Source: Eledone cirrhosa (Eukaryota). Taken from it: a stretch of DNA of 64,000 bases. The position numbers and the translations under genes are program-made. The stretch is taken from positions 121,892,001 through 121,956,000 of the forward strand of contig OZ024743.1 of the NCBI GenBank assembly GCA_964016885.1. The letters run 5' to 3'. The notes under the pieces were generated by a model. That model had not been told where the DNA came from. It did not search any database and saw only the letters and a list, made by a program, of their open reading frames with translations. Of this stretch, positions 1 to 39,400 are shown piece after piece; position 1 is the first letter of the stretch; each line of letters opens with the position of its first letter.

Positions 1-1676
1 TACTGTCTGTCTTGCTGGAACCTAACACCAACCACAAATCTGATTGATCCATGGTTTTCAACAGGTTGTTTTGTAGTAACTCCTAATTTTTCTGTCCATA
101 TTGTCCTTTTACTTCTGTAATAAGTATCAAGCAGGACTTCTGAATTTGCCACCAGCTGAGTGTTCTTTCAGGTTTCATTGTCTTCCTTCTCCAGATGGGT
201 TATTGCTTCTTAGTTCATCTAGATCTTATTCTAAGGTCAGTGATAACTAATCTGCATTGGGAGGTACATTTTTTACCATGGAAGAAATTGGCATCTACAA
301 TAATTCATTTGTTTTGTTTCCTGGTATAAGCACCTAATTTTAGATAACCTTTCACAGTGTGATGTTGCACATTGGTTCTACAGTATGGTTTTCAGGTTTA
401 TTCTGGATGCATTGCTATCTTTCACATTAACATTTTGCATCTTTCCTTCATTAGCTAGCTCAACAATGTCATTGATGACTGCCGGTATTCATTGTTTGTC
501 AAATTCCAGAAAGTCAATTCATGCTTCTGACCATTGCTTCTTTCAAACACTTCTCATGCAGTTCCTGGTTACTTTATCCTAGGCTCCTTTGATATTATCT
601 ATGGCCTTCATGATTTGGTAGTTTTACCAAAGGTCCTGATAGGGTGTTTATTTTTGCAATTTGTTTCTTCAACAAATTGTTTGAAAGAGCAACAAAAGTA
701 GTAGAAATAACATGTTGATTCATAGGTTGGAGTATAGAAGTGTTGTTTGGTGTTAAGTAAACTACTTTGACGAAAATGCATGACTGAAAGGTGTCGGTGT
801 TCTAGGTGTCACTCTAAGTATTATCATTCATCAACAATACTTTAGGTTATCTTATTTACAATATTTTTCACTGTAGGTTAAGACTGAAAACAATCACTGT
901 GTGGAAATTTCTATTTTCACTCAGAAAAGACCTGATTCACCTTGAATACAAGTTGATACTGTTATGACACTGGGAAAAATTTTGGCTGCCCAACACTTCA
1001 CTTGCAATTTCACTAGACATAGTTTTGTCAAATAGGTTATGCTGTTGTTTGAATCTTTAAAACCAATTTCTGTTTGCTGTGAATGCTTCTGAATTATTTC
1101 GTTATTGTAAGTGCCTGAAGATGCTCCCTGGTTTTGCATATAAGCTGATTTAGTGGCATGTTGCATTGTGTTTTGTCATCCATTGACATAGCAAGCGTAC
1201 ATTCCATTTTGACCCCTAAATTTACTCCTCGAACAAGTCACTTTCTTTGCTGATAACAATAGAATTATCATGGCTGAAGCTTTTACTGTATTTGTGTTTT
1301 TCTAATTGTTGATGTGGCCAAGTTTAATGATTTACTCACATATGCTCTATGTTTGCCAGCTTTCAATTCCCTCAACATTTTATATCTGGTGTAATGTTTG
1401 ATTTGACATGTTAGACAAATTTTCACCACTTGGAGTTGCAGGCTACTTGCATTCTAGACGTGGCAAGTGGGGAAGAGAATTTCTATAGTCTGAGTTGATC
1501 CAAATTTTTTTGAACATTTTCATGTAGTTGGAGTGGACCTTTCCTTTATGTCAACTTGGGGTGGTCAGTTTAAATCAACTGACCTAGGTTGCCCCTGAAT
1601 CAAATATCTCCAATTTTATTTTTTATTTTTTGTCTCCGTGTACCCAGCTTGTTACCATGATTATTTATGATTGTTA

Positions 1677-1739
1677 TGCAATGCACCTGATGATGTCGCT
1701 GGAATTCTACTGGCCATTGAAATATATATAGTGTCTGCA
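1677..1739 (+). ncRNA. Degenerate type I hammerhead-ribozyme motif (Penelope-like/retrozyme type)
   Basis: gcac-CTGATGA-imperfect stem II-GAAA-palindromic tatata-TA-gtgt; stem I gcac/gtgt extended by tgca/tgca. Confidence 0.45.
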
Positions 1740-1809
1740 GAAATAAATACTTTAAAGGAATCTCAACTTTCCGGCCTCTTCTCACTTTATTCAATAATAA
1801 TTATATATA

Positions 1810-2111
1810 CTAGCAGAAACACCACCCTTCGGGTGGTTTCCGCTAGTATGTGTAGTGTGTATATTGATATTATACACAGGTATATATACATGTAGATATG
1901 ATACTTCAAATAAAATCGTAATTGACAATATACACAGAAATTGAACGAAGACTGCGTTACACTGTCTTATGTAATCAGTACGTAATCCATGATACATTAA
2001 AAAAGACAATATTATATATATAAACTGCATTAGGAGAAAATTAGTATGTTTATTTAAGCGATCGCCACCGGAAGTGTTGACATCACACTCTCTTTCTATA
2101 TATATGGTAGA
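1810..2111 (-). mobile_element. Non-autonomous Helitron-like element
   Basis: Minus-strand 5' TC...3' CTAG between A and T; GC hairpin ccaccc-ttc-gggtgg near the CTAG end; TA-rich 5' end like the copy at 49630-50247. Confidence 0.5.
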
Positions 2112-2257
2112 TGAAGTGGCGACGATATACTGGAAGTGCAACTTTGAAAAGAAGTCAATTTTAAATTATTTATTTTTATGAAATTGAGTAGATAAAATAT
2201 GTAATATTCATTCATTATTTATTCAAAGTAATCTAACTTATTGTATATATATAGATA

Positions 2258-2730
2258 TATATCAACTAGAAATTGATTGACATATATATATATATATATA
2301 TATATCTAAAATAAACACATGAAACAATCACAGGGGATAATTTGTAAAGTTTGTATGCACACACAGCTAGGTAGGTAACTAATTCAAGTTTAACTAGTAC
2401 TTCAAATATAGATACCTTTTAAAATGATTAATCTTCCTTGTATATATTTCATTAAAAAAATATATTTCACCATTAATCCGTAAACTCACAGTAGTTAATT
2501 CCGGATTTCAACCAGGGAGAAAATTTAACTATCTGTGTTTAAACAGCAAATGAAATATATACAAGGAAGATTAATCATTTTAAAAGGTATCTATATTTGA
2601 AGTTCTAGTTAAACTTTAGTTAGTTACCTACCTAGCTGTGTGTGCTTACACACTTTACAAATTATCCCCTGTGATTGTTTCATGTGTTTATTTTAGATAT
2701 ATATATGTCAATCAATTTCTAGTTGATATA
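2258..2730. repeat. Foldback/MITE-like long inverted repeat
   Basis: Arms 2258-2453 and 2549-2730 are near-perfect reverse complements with a ~95-nt spacer. Confidence 0.9.
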
Positions 2731-2849
2731 AAATGATTGGATCTATTCATTGGAATCTTTGAGCTTATTCTACGGTGGATATGGCGCATGTCTCGGACAT
2801 GACACCCTTAATTTAATTTTGGATATATATATATCTATACACAAAAACA

Positions 2850-3075
2850 CACACAGTCCACGCTGTAATGTGGCCGTGTAGGTAACACGGTAAAAATCTC
2901 CCAGTACACACTGTAAACGTGGTTGGTGTTAGGAAGGGCATCCAGCCGTAGAAAACCTGCCAGATAGTCCTACACGAGCGAGACATGGTCACCCGACCAA
3001 TCTTGCCTCAAGTAGGACAATTCCCGTCTAAACCCATGCTAGCGTGGAAGATAGACGTTAAACGATGATGATGAT
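2850..3075 (+). mobile_element. SINE, abundant family ending in (GAT)n
   Basis: Shared core ggttggtgttaggaagggcatccagc...acccatgctagc...gacgttaaacgatgatgatg; further copies near 8550, 10470(-), 13080, 30650, 31960, 35670(-), 36030, 49020 and 55550. Confidence 0.8.
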
Positions 3076-3488
3076 ACACACACACACACACACACACAGA
3101 CAGAGGGAAAGTCACTGATTATGTGTGACAACTGGTAGAGGCGAAAATGTCTGAGGTCTGCTCCCACTTCTTGCTATCTTATCTATATTTTGAGTTACTT
3201 TTTTGTATAGTGATCCATTTAGTGCTATAGGTTTATAATTTTTTATTGAGTAAAAATTAAGAAATTCTGTTTAATTGCTGTTTCTCACTGCATTTACTTT
3301 GTTTCAAATGTTATAAAAGTCAGCTCCTGAGATTTTGTGCTTTTATTCTAAAATATATTTTGTTAGTAATGTGATAAAGTTTTTTAATTTATATGATTTG
3401 ACATATTAAAAAAAAAAATATTAATAATAAAAACTAAAACTGCTAAAACAACATTTAAATATTTAAAACTTTTCCCTTTATTTTTCAG

Positions 3489-29411
<25,923 letters not shown>

Positions 29412-29869
29412 AAACTCATAAAATTTTACAGAAGCCATCCATTGTTTTCATTTCTCTATATAAACTGTGTTAGATCTTGAAATTTTACTTTTTGCTTGCA
29501 GTCATTAAAAGTTTCCTTACATTTATTTTCATTTCTTCTTTCATAAGTTTGTTTCAGTGACATCTTCCTATTAAACATTCAATTTCTGCCCATTTAAATA
29601 TATATATACCATCTAAAGTCTTGGTATCTAATGATTCTTTTTACTTTTCACCCTTCCGTTAAAAAATTTTAAGCTGACTGCTATGTGTTTTTTTTTTATT
29701 TTTTTATTATTTTAAATCATTCAGAAGAAATATTCCCCTCCATCTTACATATTTGTGTTAAAGTTTAATCTACTTCATAAGATCTCATCCTGTACTGATT
29801 ATCTCCACTTCCAGACTACTTGGTAATTGTTATTGTCTGCATTGTATAAACACTACCTTGTGTATTACA

Positions 29870-29875
29870 AATAAA
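29870..29875 (+). promoter_or_regulatory. Candidate polyadenylation signal of the SR gene
   Basis: AATAAA overlapping ATTAAA, followed by a GT/T-rich stretch, about 460 nt after the stop. Confidence 0.5.
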
Positions 29876-30324
29876 TTAAACTAATTCCACTATTGTTTTA
29901 CTTCAGTTTTTATTGAAATATTCTTTTTTATTAACTCACTGTGAAACAAAGTTCTGAATCCAGTGGATAGTATCTTTATTTCTTTAATTTCACGACAATA
30001 CTACTTTTCCTTCGAGTTAAAGAAGTCATACCATTAACTGCTTGGAAATGACAGCGCCCATTATTTTATTAGTATTTTTATTATAGTGAGAAAAAAAAGC
30101 AATCAAAATGCGACTGTAAATTTCTTGAGAGGGGCATTAACTGCCGGAAGACAAGGAAATATAGATGATTCAAGCATTAAAAAAAAAATACAATTTTTTT
30201 TTTTTTTTAAGTATAAACTTTACGATTTGCATTTTAATGTCATAAGTAATTTAGACAGGTGATATTTATGGGGATTTTTTTTTCATTATTTTTTCACCGA
30301 GAAATTAACATCAAGTATGGCAAT

Positions 30325-30468
30325 TTAAAAAATCCACTTTCGAAAGGCTTTTGTACCCTCCCTTTTCCATTCATTAGATGAAATACAGTGGTTTAGGAAC
30401 TCTGGTAGTGAACTTAATACACAAGCTCCAATATAGGCTGCATGATATCTTTGTGGAGAGGAGTGAAC
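30325..30468 (-). CDS. Actin-like terminal exon
   Basis: aatag|VHSSPQRYHAAYIGACVLSSLPEFLNHCISSNEWKREGTKAFRKWIF*; parallels the actin C-terminus. Confidence 0.92.
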   Translation of the reverse strand, partial: VHSSPQRYHAAYIGACVLSSLPEFLNHCISSNEWKREGTKAFRKWIF

Positions 30469-33400
30469 CTATTAGAAAATATAAATTAAGTTAGTTTGAA
30501 ATATTTATTACTGATATCATCATACAAGAAAAATTTCCAATTTTGTAATTTAAAAAAAAATAACTACAAGCATTTAGAGAAATGTTGCAAATGATGGTAA
30601 ATAAGTGTGATTAATTAGTAGTAATAAAGCAATGAATAATTTTAGTTACTGTAAATGTGGTTGGCGTTAGGAAGGGCATCCAGCCAGAAACACCCCTATA
30701 TGAGCAAGACACGGTCACCCGTCTAACCCATACTAGCATGGAAGATGGACGTTAATTGATGATGATAGCTGCAGGCATAGGTATATTTGCTTCACAATCA
30801 CATTGTATTAGGTTCAGTCCCACTATTTGTCACCTTGGTCATGTGTCTACTATATCCTTGTTGACTTAATGTGAGTGAACTGCCCAAAACCACACATTTT
30901 AAAGAGTTCCTACTTAAATTAAAACTTTTAATATAATATTGTTACATTACAAATAGCATCTTAATAAATCTTTCCCAAATTAATTAAAATACAAATGCAC
31001 AAATCTATTTTCTTAGTTAATTTTTTGCCTTCCATCCCTTGGAGTCAAAGAAAGCCACATTGAGCTATATCTGTTTGATTATTTCATTAACTGTTTCTAC
31101 CATATTCATAGTGATTAAAATAAGATACTAATTATTTATTTATTCATCTATTTTAATTTGATATGCTATGTAACATGAGGGGTATGGATGCTCTCCTCTG
31201 CCTCCATCTTGATCAGAATTCATTATTCCAGTTGTTCTGACAAGGGGAACAGTAACTCTGAATATTAAAAAAAATCTGCATGGAGATGTTGACTTAAACT
31301 GCAGGCTCAGAGAATGGTTATGGAATATAACTTGAAAGTATAGAGGAGACATTTTTGTTTTAACAGACAACCTCTCTTGTCAGTTGCATGATAAAAGACA
31401 CCCAGTTCATGCTGTAAAGTAGCTGGAATTAGGAAGGGCATCCAACTACTGCCAATATCATGACAGTCATATACAAGATTGTAGCTATGTATAGGAACCC
31501 TTTGACTCATCAAACAAGTGCACCAACTCTGCTTCAAATAACCCATCTGTCAATTGATACTCTTTTCTTCTTATCAAGATTGGTACAATGATAAGTAGGT
31601 CTGGAGAAATTGTAGAGATGCTTGAATGTGTGCTGTTTACATGATGGAGAGGACCTCAGCTTGATTTCTCATGGCAAGGAATACAGGTATAAATTCTTGG
31701 TGAGTCACAGCACTGGGGTGGATGCAGTAGGCATTTTGTTGGGAAAGGTAATTAGAATATGTGAGAAATTCCCTGGAGATGGTGTCACAATAAAAACGCA
31801 CTCGGAAGAGTGCAGAATTGTAAGTCGAGTCCCTGGCCCACCTGGCAGTCATCCACCACTTGAGTACTGACCAGTTTGTGACGATCTGTCCAACTCTTGT
31901 TAGCATGGAAAATGGACATTAAATGATGATGATTATATATATACACACACACACACATGTAAGGTGTTAGTGTAGGTGCCACGAAAAAGCACCCAATTTA
32001 TCCTGTAAGGTTGTTGGCATTAGGAAGGGCATCCAGTCATAGAAAATCAAACGAATGAGCAAAGTGCAGTCATTTGACCTGTCTGGCTTCAACGTGACAC
32101 ACCATCTAACTCATGCAAACATAAAATAGACATTAAACATTAATGAGAATGACAGAATAATTAAGTTTAAACTCTCCTGGAAACGACATCCCACCTTGTC
32201 TAAAATCTATGGCAAACTCCCTCGAGCCTCTGCCCTTCTAAAATCCTGGAGAGCTCAATTTGCTGGCCACTGTCACCATGCCAGCAATGAAATCATATCC
32301 GCTCTCTTGCTCTGGAACCCTGACTCCAGCCTGACTAGGAGTAGGAAGCTCTCATTCCCTGACGTTATCTCTAGGGATACGGGAATCAGTAGACAGGACC
32401 TGGGGACAGGGAATTCTGGGGCATGAGATTGAGATCCATCATCTCGATAGTAGTCGACGAATGATGATGATGAAGTTAAAACTAGTCGGGCATACAACAA
32501 CAGTTATTTCTGCATAGCAATCACGATTAGGACTGACAGATGAGCAAAAGGATCATTCTATGAGGTTCTTTTGCAGATTACCTTGAATAACAAATGACTG
32601 AATACATGATTTTAATGGACATGAAAAGCAACACCATACTGGCTACTCTTCTGCTTGTGTCTCCTTTGGCCTACCTCTACCACATCTTACTTCTATTTGA
32701 ACTCCTGACACTTCTTTACCCAATGATCATCATCCATAGGCATTATGTACCTGTACCAGCATAATCTTTCTTAACCCTTTAGCATTTACATTACTCTATA
32801 TTTACTATTATATTTTCACAATAAAGTATTTATTTCATATATAGAATCTATGAGATTTTGAGAACAATACCTCAACAAATATGAGCAGCCGGTTTGAACA
32901 GAAAGAGGTGAGATAATTCTGGCCGGATACATCCAGTTTAAATGTTAGAGGGTTAAACACTACATCTAATTTCTCTTATATCCGATTTTTCTTTCAACTC
33001 ATCTGTGCTTTGTTGTTTATGCACACTTAACATCACATCGAACAGAGCATGCTCAATTCATTTCTATGGGAACACCTGTATGTCAAATATCTAAAGAAGA
33101 AATTCCAAACATAGAAACAAAACCTAGAATTGAGAGGCCTCAAGGAAAACCAAGCAAAGGCAAAGGTTTTAATTAGCAGAAAAGGAGACAGGACTCGACT
33201 ACTATATAGGAAATGCCTAGTTCAATATGCAGAAAAGAGTAGATAGGAATTCTAAATGTAAACTGTATACAAGAAGTGCAGTGGTGTCTTAGGCAGGCTG
33301 ACAGAGAAGGGTGACTTTGTATAAAGCAGATTCCCAAGAGTAGTTAACAGTAAAAGATCCTTGAAATATATTCTTTCAAATGATCGCTAAAGCATTTGAA

Positions 33401-36400
33401 AGAATCTATCTAACATACTGCTGTGTCAGTCATTTTGGATAATGATGAGTTCTGTTAATTAGGTACTAAATTAGCAGGAGAAATGGATATTCTGAAAGCA
33501 GTAACTAGAGTAAGAATAGAATAAGTTCAAAAAACGATTACTTTTGTTGGCAATAAAAATGGACTAAGAGAAAAACTGAGTATAAGGGGAATTGGATTTA
33601 ATGTGCAAGAGAGAATATACTGATATGGGTATGTGATACATATGGAAAATGCTAATTGTATAAAGAAGTGCCACACATGGATGAAACATGTGGAAGTGGG
33701 AGGCCAAAGAAGACGTAGGCTGAAGATGACAAAGGGCTACACTGGAGAAAACCCATCCAACCAGTGCATACATGGAAAATCAGATATAAAATACTAATGG
33801 TCAATATGATTGTTCTGTTTTCCTACAAATGTGAGTACTTGTTTTAAAATTTACAAATCAATATTACTGTATATACTCGAATATAAGCCAAGGCAGATGA
33901 GACCAATAAATCAAAGGTAAAATGGGGGGTTGGCTTATATTCAGGGTCATTATTTTAACAATTTTCACCAACTTCAAATTCTACATAAATAAGGTGTTAA
34001 AATATCTGGAGTTATTATTTCACAATGAAACACTGTTTTTCTACATTTACTACATCATCGATGTTATATGCATTCCCTTGAAAATATTTTCAATAAATTT
34101 TTATAATTTGAATTTTTTAATACATAAATATCCCATAACATACACTCACGCGTACACACGTTTTTCTCTGACAATTTCTTTTTCTTTCAATCTTACTTCT
34201 GATTTTATTTTATTGCTCTCATGCTGTCTCTCTTTTCATTCTTGCCCTCTCTTGAGTGCGGTGGATTGGCAGTATCGGTAGAGAGTTGGACACCATGCTT
34301 AGCAGCATAGAGTTACGATCTGAGTTCAAATCCTGCCGAGGTTAACTTTTCCTTTCATCCTTACGGGGTTGATAAAATAAAGCACCAATAATGTACTGGG
34401 GTCGATTTAATCAACTTTCCCCTCCCCCAAAATTACTGGCCTTGTTCCTATACTAGATATCATTCTTGCCCTCACTCTTCTACTCTATGAATCCCAATAC
34501 AAAGTTCTCTTATTCGATCTCTTGCTTTCAAGTGGCCAAAGAAAACAAAGATCAAGAAACTTGTTGAAATTTAATGTAATGGAGTTGTGAAACAAAGACT
34601 ATACTCTAAACAACACTTAAAACATTTTAAACATCAAAATATTAAAACTTCATAAATATATTCTATACTCATGAGAATTTCAAAACCATGTCATCTAAAC
34701 ATAATATGTTTATAAATGGGGTTTGGATTTTTCTCCATTTTTCAAACATAAAATAGGGGGTCAGCTTATATTCAAGTATATATGGTAATTTCTATTTGTA
34801 GATTTACATTTTCACAATCTATATTCACAAGTTACTGTTTAAATATATATATCTTACCTGCACAAGGAGAGATGAATTGACTAGTTTTTGAACTTCCTTC
34901 TCCAATCTTGCTGAAAATCCAGGGATCATTGTTACACCTCCACTTAGGTAAATAGCTCTGTTTAAAGTATTCACAAGAAAAATAAAACATGACACTTTTT
35001 CTTAAAGATCTTGCATTTATTTACTGTTATTTTTAAACCTAGCTGCACAATTACAATAATTGTGCAAATCTCTGTATATAAATGAAGCAATAACTATGAG
35101 ACTACAGGGTCTTAAGATTAGACCTTACTACTATCATTGTATTATTCCCTTGAATACTCTGTCTCCTGTCTCCCTCTGCTTGCTCTAATTTGCCTAAAAA
35201 CCTTTTTTAATCCTTTAGCATTTAAACTGTCTGTATCCGGCCAGAATTCTCTCACCACTTTCTGTTCAAACCAGCCATAACTAGTCACTCATACTGATGT
35301 TAAGGTATTGTTCTCAAAATAAATAATATCAAAATCTCATAGATTTGATATTATGTGGGATAAAGCTTTACCATGAAAATACATTAGTATATATAGAGTA
35401 ATGTAAATGCTAAAGGGTTAATTGAAGATGCTGAGGAATCTAGGGTCTTTCCCATGTGAAGTGAATGCTCTACTACTGAGTAACACTGCCAGCAGTTAAT
35501 TTGCCTAATAACAAAAAAGTTTCCACTCTTACTTCACAGCTGAGTTTATGGAAGAAAGGGTATTCAGTTGTAAATACAAATAGTCCAACAGGCAGTTAAA
35601 AGAATAAAAATCAATATTGTATAGTTGGAGATCTTATTGCTAACCAAATAATAATTTAGAGTGGCATTATCATCATCATCATCGTTTAATGGCCATCTTC
35701 CATGCTAGCATGGGTTAGACAGGTTTGTTCCACTTGATGCTGGATTGGTTGGGAGACCATGTCTCGCTTATACAGAACTGTATCTGGCAGGTTTTCTATG
35801 GCTAGATGCCCTTCCTAACACCAACCACATTTACAGTGTGGACTGGGAGCCTTTTTACTGTGTTTCCTACACAACCACTTTACAGAGTGGACTGGGTGCT
35901 TTTTGTTGTCACCAACACAGTGGATAGAAATGGGAGGATGTGGTAGGGTGTGTGATTTGGGGTGTATATTGGGTAAGCTTCAGTTTTCTAAATTGAAAAA
36001 AAATGCTATTTATAAATTTAACTTTAGTGGAGGTGCCACGACAAAAAAGCACCCAGCCCACACTGTAAAGTGGACGTGTAGGCGCCACGAAAAAGCACCC
36101 AGCACTCACTGTAAATGAGGTTGGTGTTAGGAAGGGCATCCAGCTGTAGAAATCAAGCCAAATCAGTTCCTGTATGAGCAAGGCATGGTCAGCCAACCAC
36201 ACACTGCCCACAACAGGACAACCCGTCTAACCCATGCTAGCGTGGAAGAACGGACGTAAAACGATGATGATGATGATAAGTTTTCCTATAAGATATTTTT
36301 TGTTTAATTTGAAGAGAACCTTATTTATTTTTGATTTTAATTTTAAGCATACATTTTATTTTTTTGTTATTGATGATTTCTAAGTTAACCCTTTAAGCAT

Positions 36401-39400
36401 TTAAACTGGCTGTATCTGGCCAGAATTCTCTCACCTCTTTCTGTTCAAACTGGCAGTAACTTGCTACTCATATTGATGTTAAGGTATTGCTCTCAAAATA
36501 AATAACATCAAAATCTCATAGATTTTGATATTATGTGAAATAAAGCCTTTACCATGAAAATACAATAGTATATATATAGAGTAATATAAATGCTAAAGGG
36601 TTAACCTACTATGTGATTTTTAACCAATTATATGAACCACTGAAAAAACAAGGAGAAAATAAAATTGGCTCAGTAAACAAATGGAAGCGTTTAATTGTAA
36701 ACTTCTTGTGGTCTAGAGATATTTATATGATGTGACATTAATAGTTGTCTTTCACAATGTCAGTAAAGTTAGGCATTAATTTTATTTTATTTTTTAACCC
36801 TTTTGATACCAATCCTTTGAAATCAATCCTTGTTCTTCAATACAAAACTGTTTTAAAGTGCTTATCTAAACAACTTCCATTACAATTTTATGTAAGAACC
36901 TTTGTAAAATTGTGTTTCAAACAGATAAATGAGAAAGTTAAGTTTTTTGTTAAATCTCTCAAAATTATTCAATATTTTCAGTCTTTCATTAGAAATATAA
37001 TACCAAAAGGATTAAACTCAATGATCATACATGAATAATAAAAAAAAAAATCAGGGCTGGTTGTAATTTTGAGAGGTATATAGTAATCTCAAACTTTTTA
37101 CTTGATAAGACTTAATCTAACAAAATGTAATTCCTATTCTTTTCCAAACAAATTAATTGAATATAAAATTACAAAACATAACTAATTTGCCAGTTTTTAA
37201 TACAACTTAGATGAAAAGAGAATGAGTAAAGTATTAGGAAGCCTACTAGAAGTATAATATCTGGCAATTAGACTACAAGATTTGTTCTTTTAATTTAAAG
37301 GTATTAATAAATGCAAACCAGTAAATTTACTCCATGTGGACCCTTAAGTTTTTATTCAGCCACAGAAATATATATGGACTACTTTAAAAAGCCCTGCTTT
37401 AAATCATCAAGTTAAGATACCTTTCCTCACTGATAAACTGAAGAACACTAGAAGTAAACTTCACAAATGAAAAATATTTAAACTCGTCTGTTTTTATATA
37501 TGAGGCGGTATCAAAATGTTTCTGGACTAGTTCTGGACAGATGGAAACATATGGTTGCGCATGAAATGAGAACTAGCAGTGACCTTCATGCGCCAGTGAG
37601 CTGAGTGACATCGCTATGTTCACAAATTGTGAAATTTGTGTTTTTGTGATCACATGTATGCTGTAGCCTGCAATTTTGTCATGAACAAGAAGTTGGAACA
37701 AAAAGTCAAATAAATACATCTTTTTGACTCCTACCGTCAAAAGTATCAACCCTGACTTCATTACAGTCATGGAAATATGGGCACATTCCTTACTCTGTGA
37801 TGGGGTTTTCAGCATAACTGGGTACAACTTGTTTCGTAAAGATCGCATTAATCGTGGTGGTGGTGGTGTAATGGTCTACGTTCGGTCAAATTTTTCAGCA
37901 ATTCCTTGTGTTGATTTAAACCAATCGCAGCAAGAGGTATTTTTCTGCGATATACGTATGACCATGTAAACACTGCTACTTGGAGTCGTTTACCATCCCC
38001 CAAATTACCATCAGGACACTCAACTTTGTGATTTCCTCAGAGTTGCTGCCTGGAAAACAGCCACTTATGCTTTTATTGCAGGGGACTTCAATCACCCTGA
38101 GATTGACAGGGAAACCTTTTGTTGGCCGCAAAGTGCAAATGACTTCCTTGAGCTAGTGCTGGACTTGAACTGGTCGCAAGTAGTCACCTCCCCAACAAGA
38201 GGTGACAACACTTTGGAGCTACTCTTCACCACTACTGAAACGGTTATTAGTGTTACAACTGAGGAACCTTTAGGTGACTCTGATCATGCTATGATCATTG
38301 CCAATCTATCCCTCATAGGCAGTAACAAAAACCACAACCATCTCCAAACTGCTCACTTTGACTGGAATAAAGCAGACTGGAACTGTTACTGCACCGAGTT
38401 GCAACGTCCAAACTGGCTTGAGTTCTACGACTCTGGAGATGTCAACACTGTACTCCACGTAAGCAGAAAAAACATTCCAAAAGTCCAACTTGGGAGACTG
38501 CAGCAGTCTGTCTTGCCAGGAAAGAATGTCGCAATGCTAAACATGAGTACAAACTGCATAAATCAGATATCAGTAGGAAGAAGCGAAATAAATCATCCAA
38601 CCATCTCAAACAGGTGACAAAAAAGGCATTGCTTCAATTTGAGCAGTGCATAGCAACCAGCCCTGACAGTAAGGTGTTCTGGAAGTATCTTCACTGAAAG
38701 CAGAGGCCTCACTCTCCAGTTGGTCCTCTTCGCAATTCCCACACAAGCCAGGTTAATGACGACCCCAAGGAATAAGCAGAACTCATTGCTGAATGCTATG
38801 TGGGCATTTTCACTATTGAAGACCAGAGTGAACTATCTCCACCACCTCTGACATCAGATTCTATTACAACTATGGAATTTACACCTGCAATGCTGTGACA
38901 TCACCTTAAAAATAAACGCAGTCATGCCTCTCCTGGTCTTGATGGTGTTATGTACCTGCTTCTCAAACGTGGTGGGTACTTCCTTCTGCACCAGCTATCA
39001 CGCTTCTTCCAATTCTGTCTGAACAACGATGCTACTCCAGAAGTGGAAAACTGCCAGTGTCATTCTTCTGTTCAAAAAGGGTGACCGCACATCACCTGTG
39101 AACTATCGTCCAGTCAGTCTTACTAGCTGCATTGCCAAACTGATGGAATCCTGTGTCAGAGAAACACTTTGGAACTTCTGGAACTCTCATAGTCTTATCC
39201 GGCCCTCGCAATTTGGATTTATCCCTAACTCCAGCTGCTGTGATCAACTTATCGAGTTTCTTGAAGACATCACCCGGATCACTGATGGCGGCTCATGGGT
39301 GGACGTTGTTTGCCTTGACTTTGCTAAAGCTTTCAATTCTGTGCCACACAAAAGACTTATGGCAAAACTCTCTGTAATGTGTGTAAAGGATGATCTTTTT

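Noticed and set aside
2068-2076. ETS-like CCGGAAGTG as SR-gene promoter
   Set aside because: Lies inside a Helitron-like element, and the RRM N-terminal coding exons were not found between it and the microexon.
31140-31370. ORF as the last exon of the actin-like gene
   Set aside because: No actin similarity; the exon at 30325-30468 fits phase and homology.
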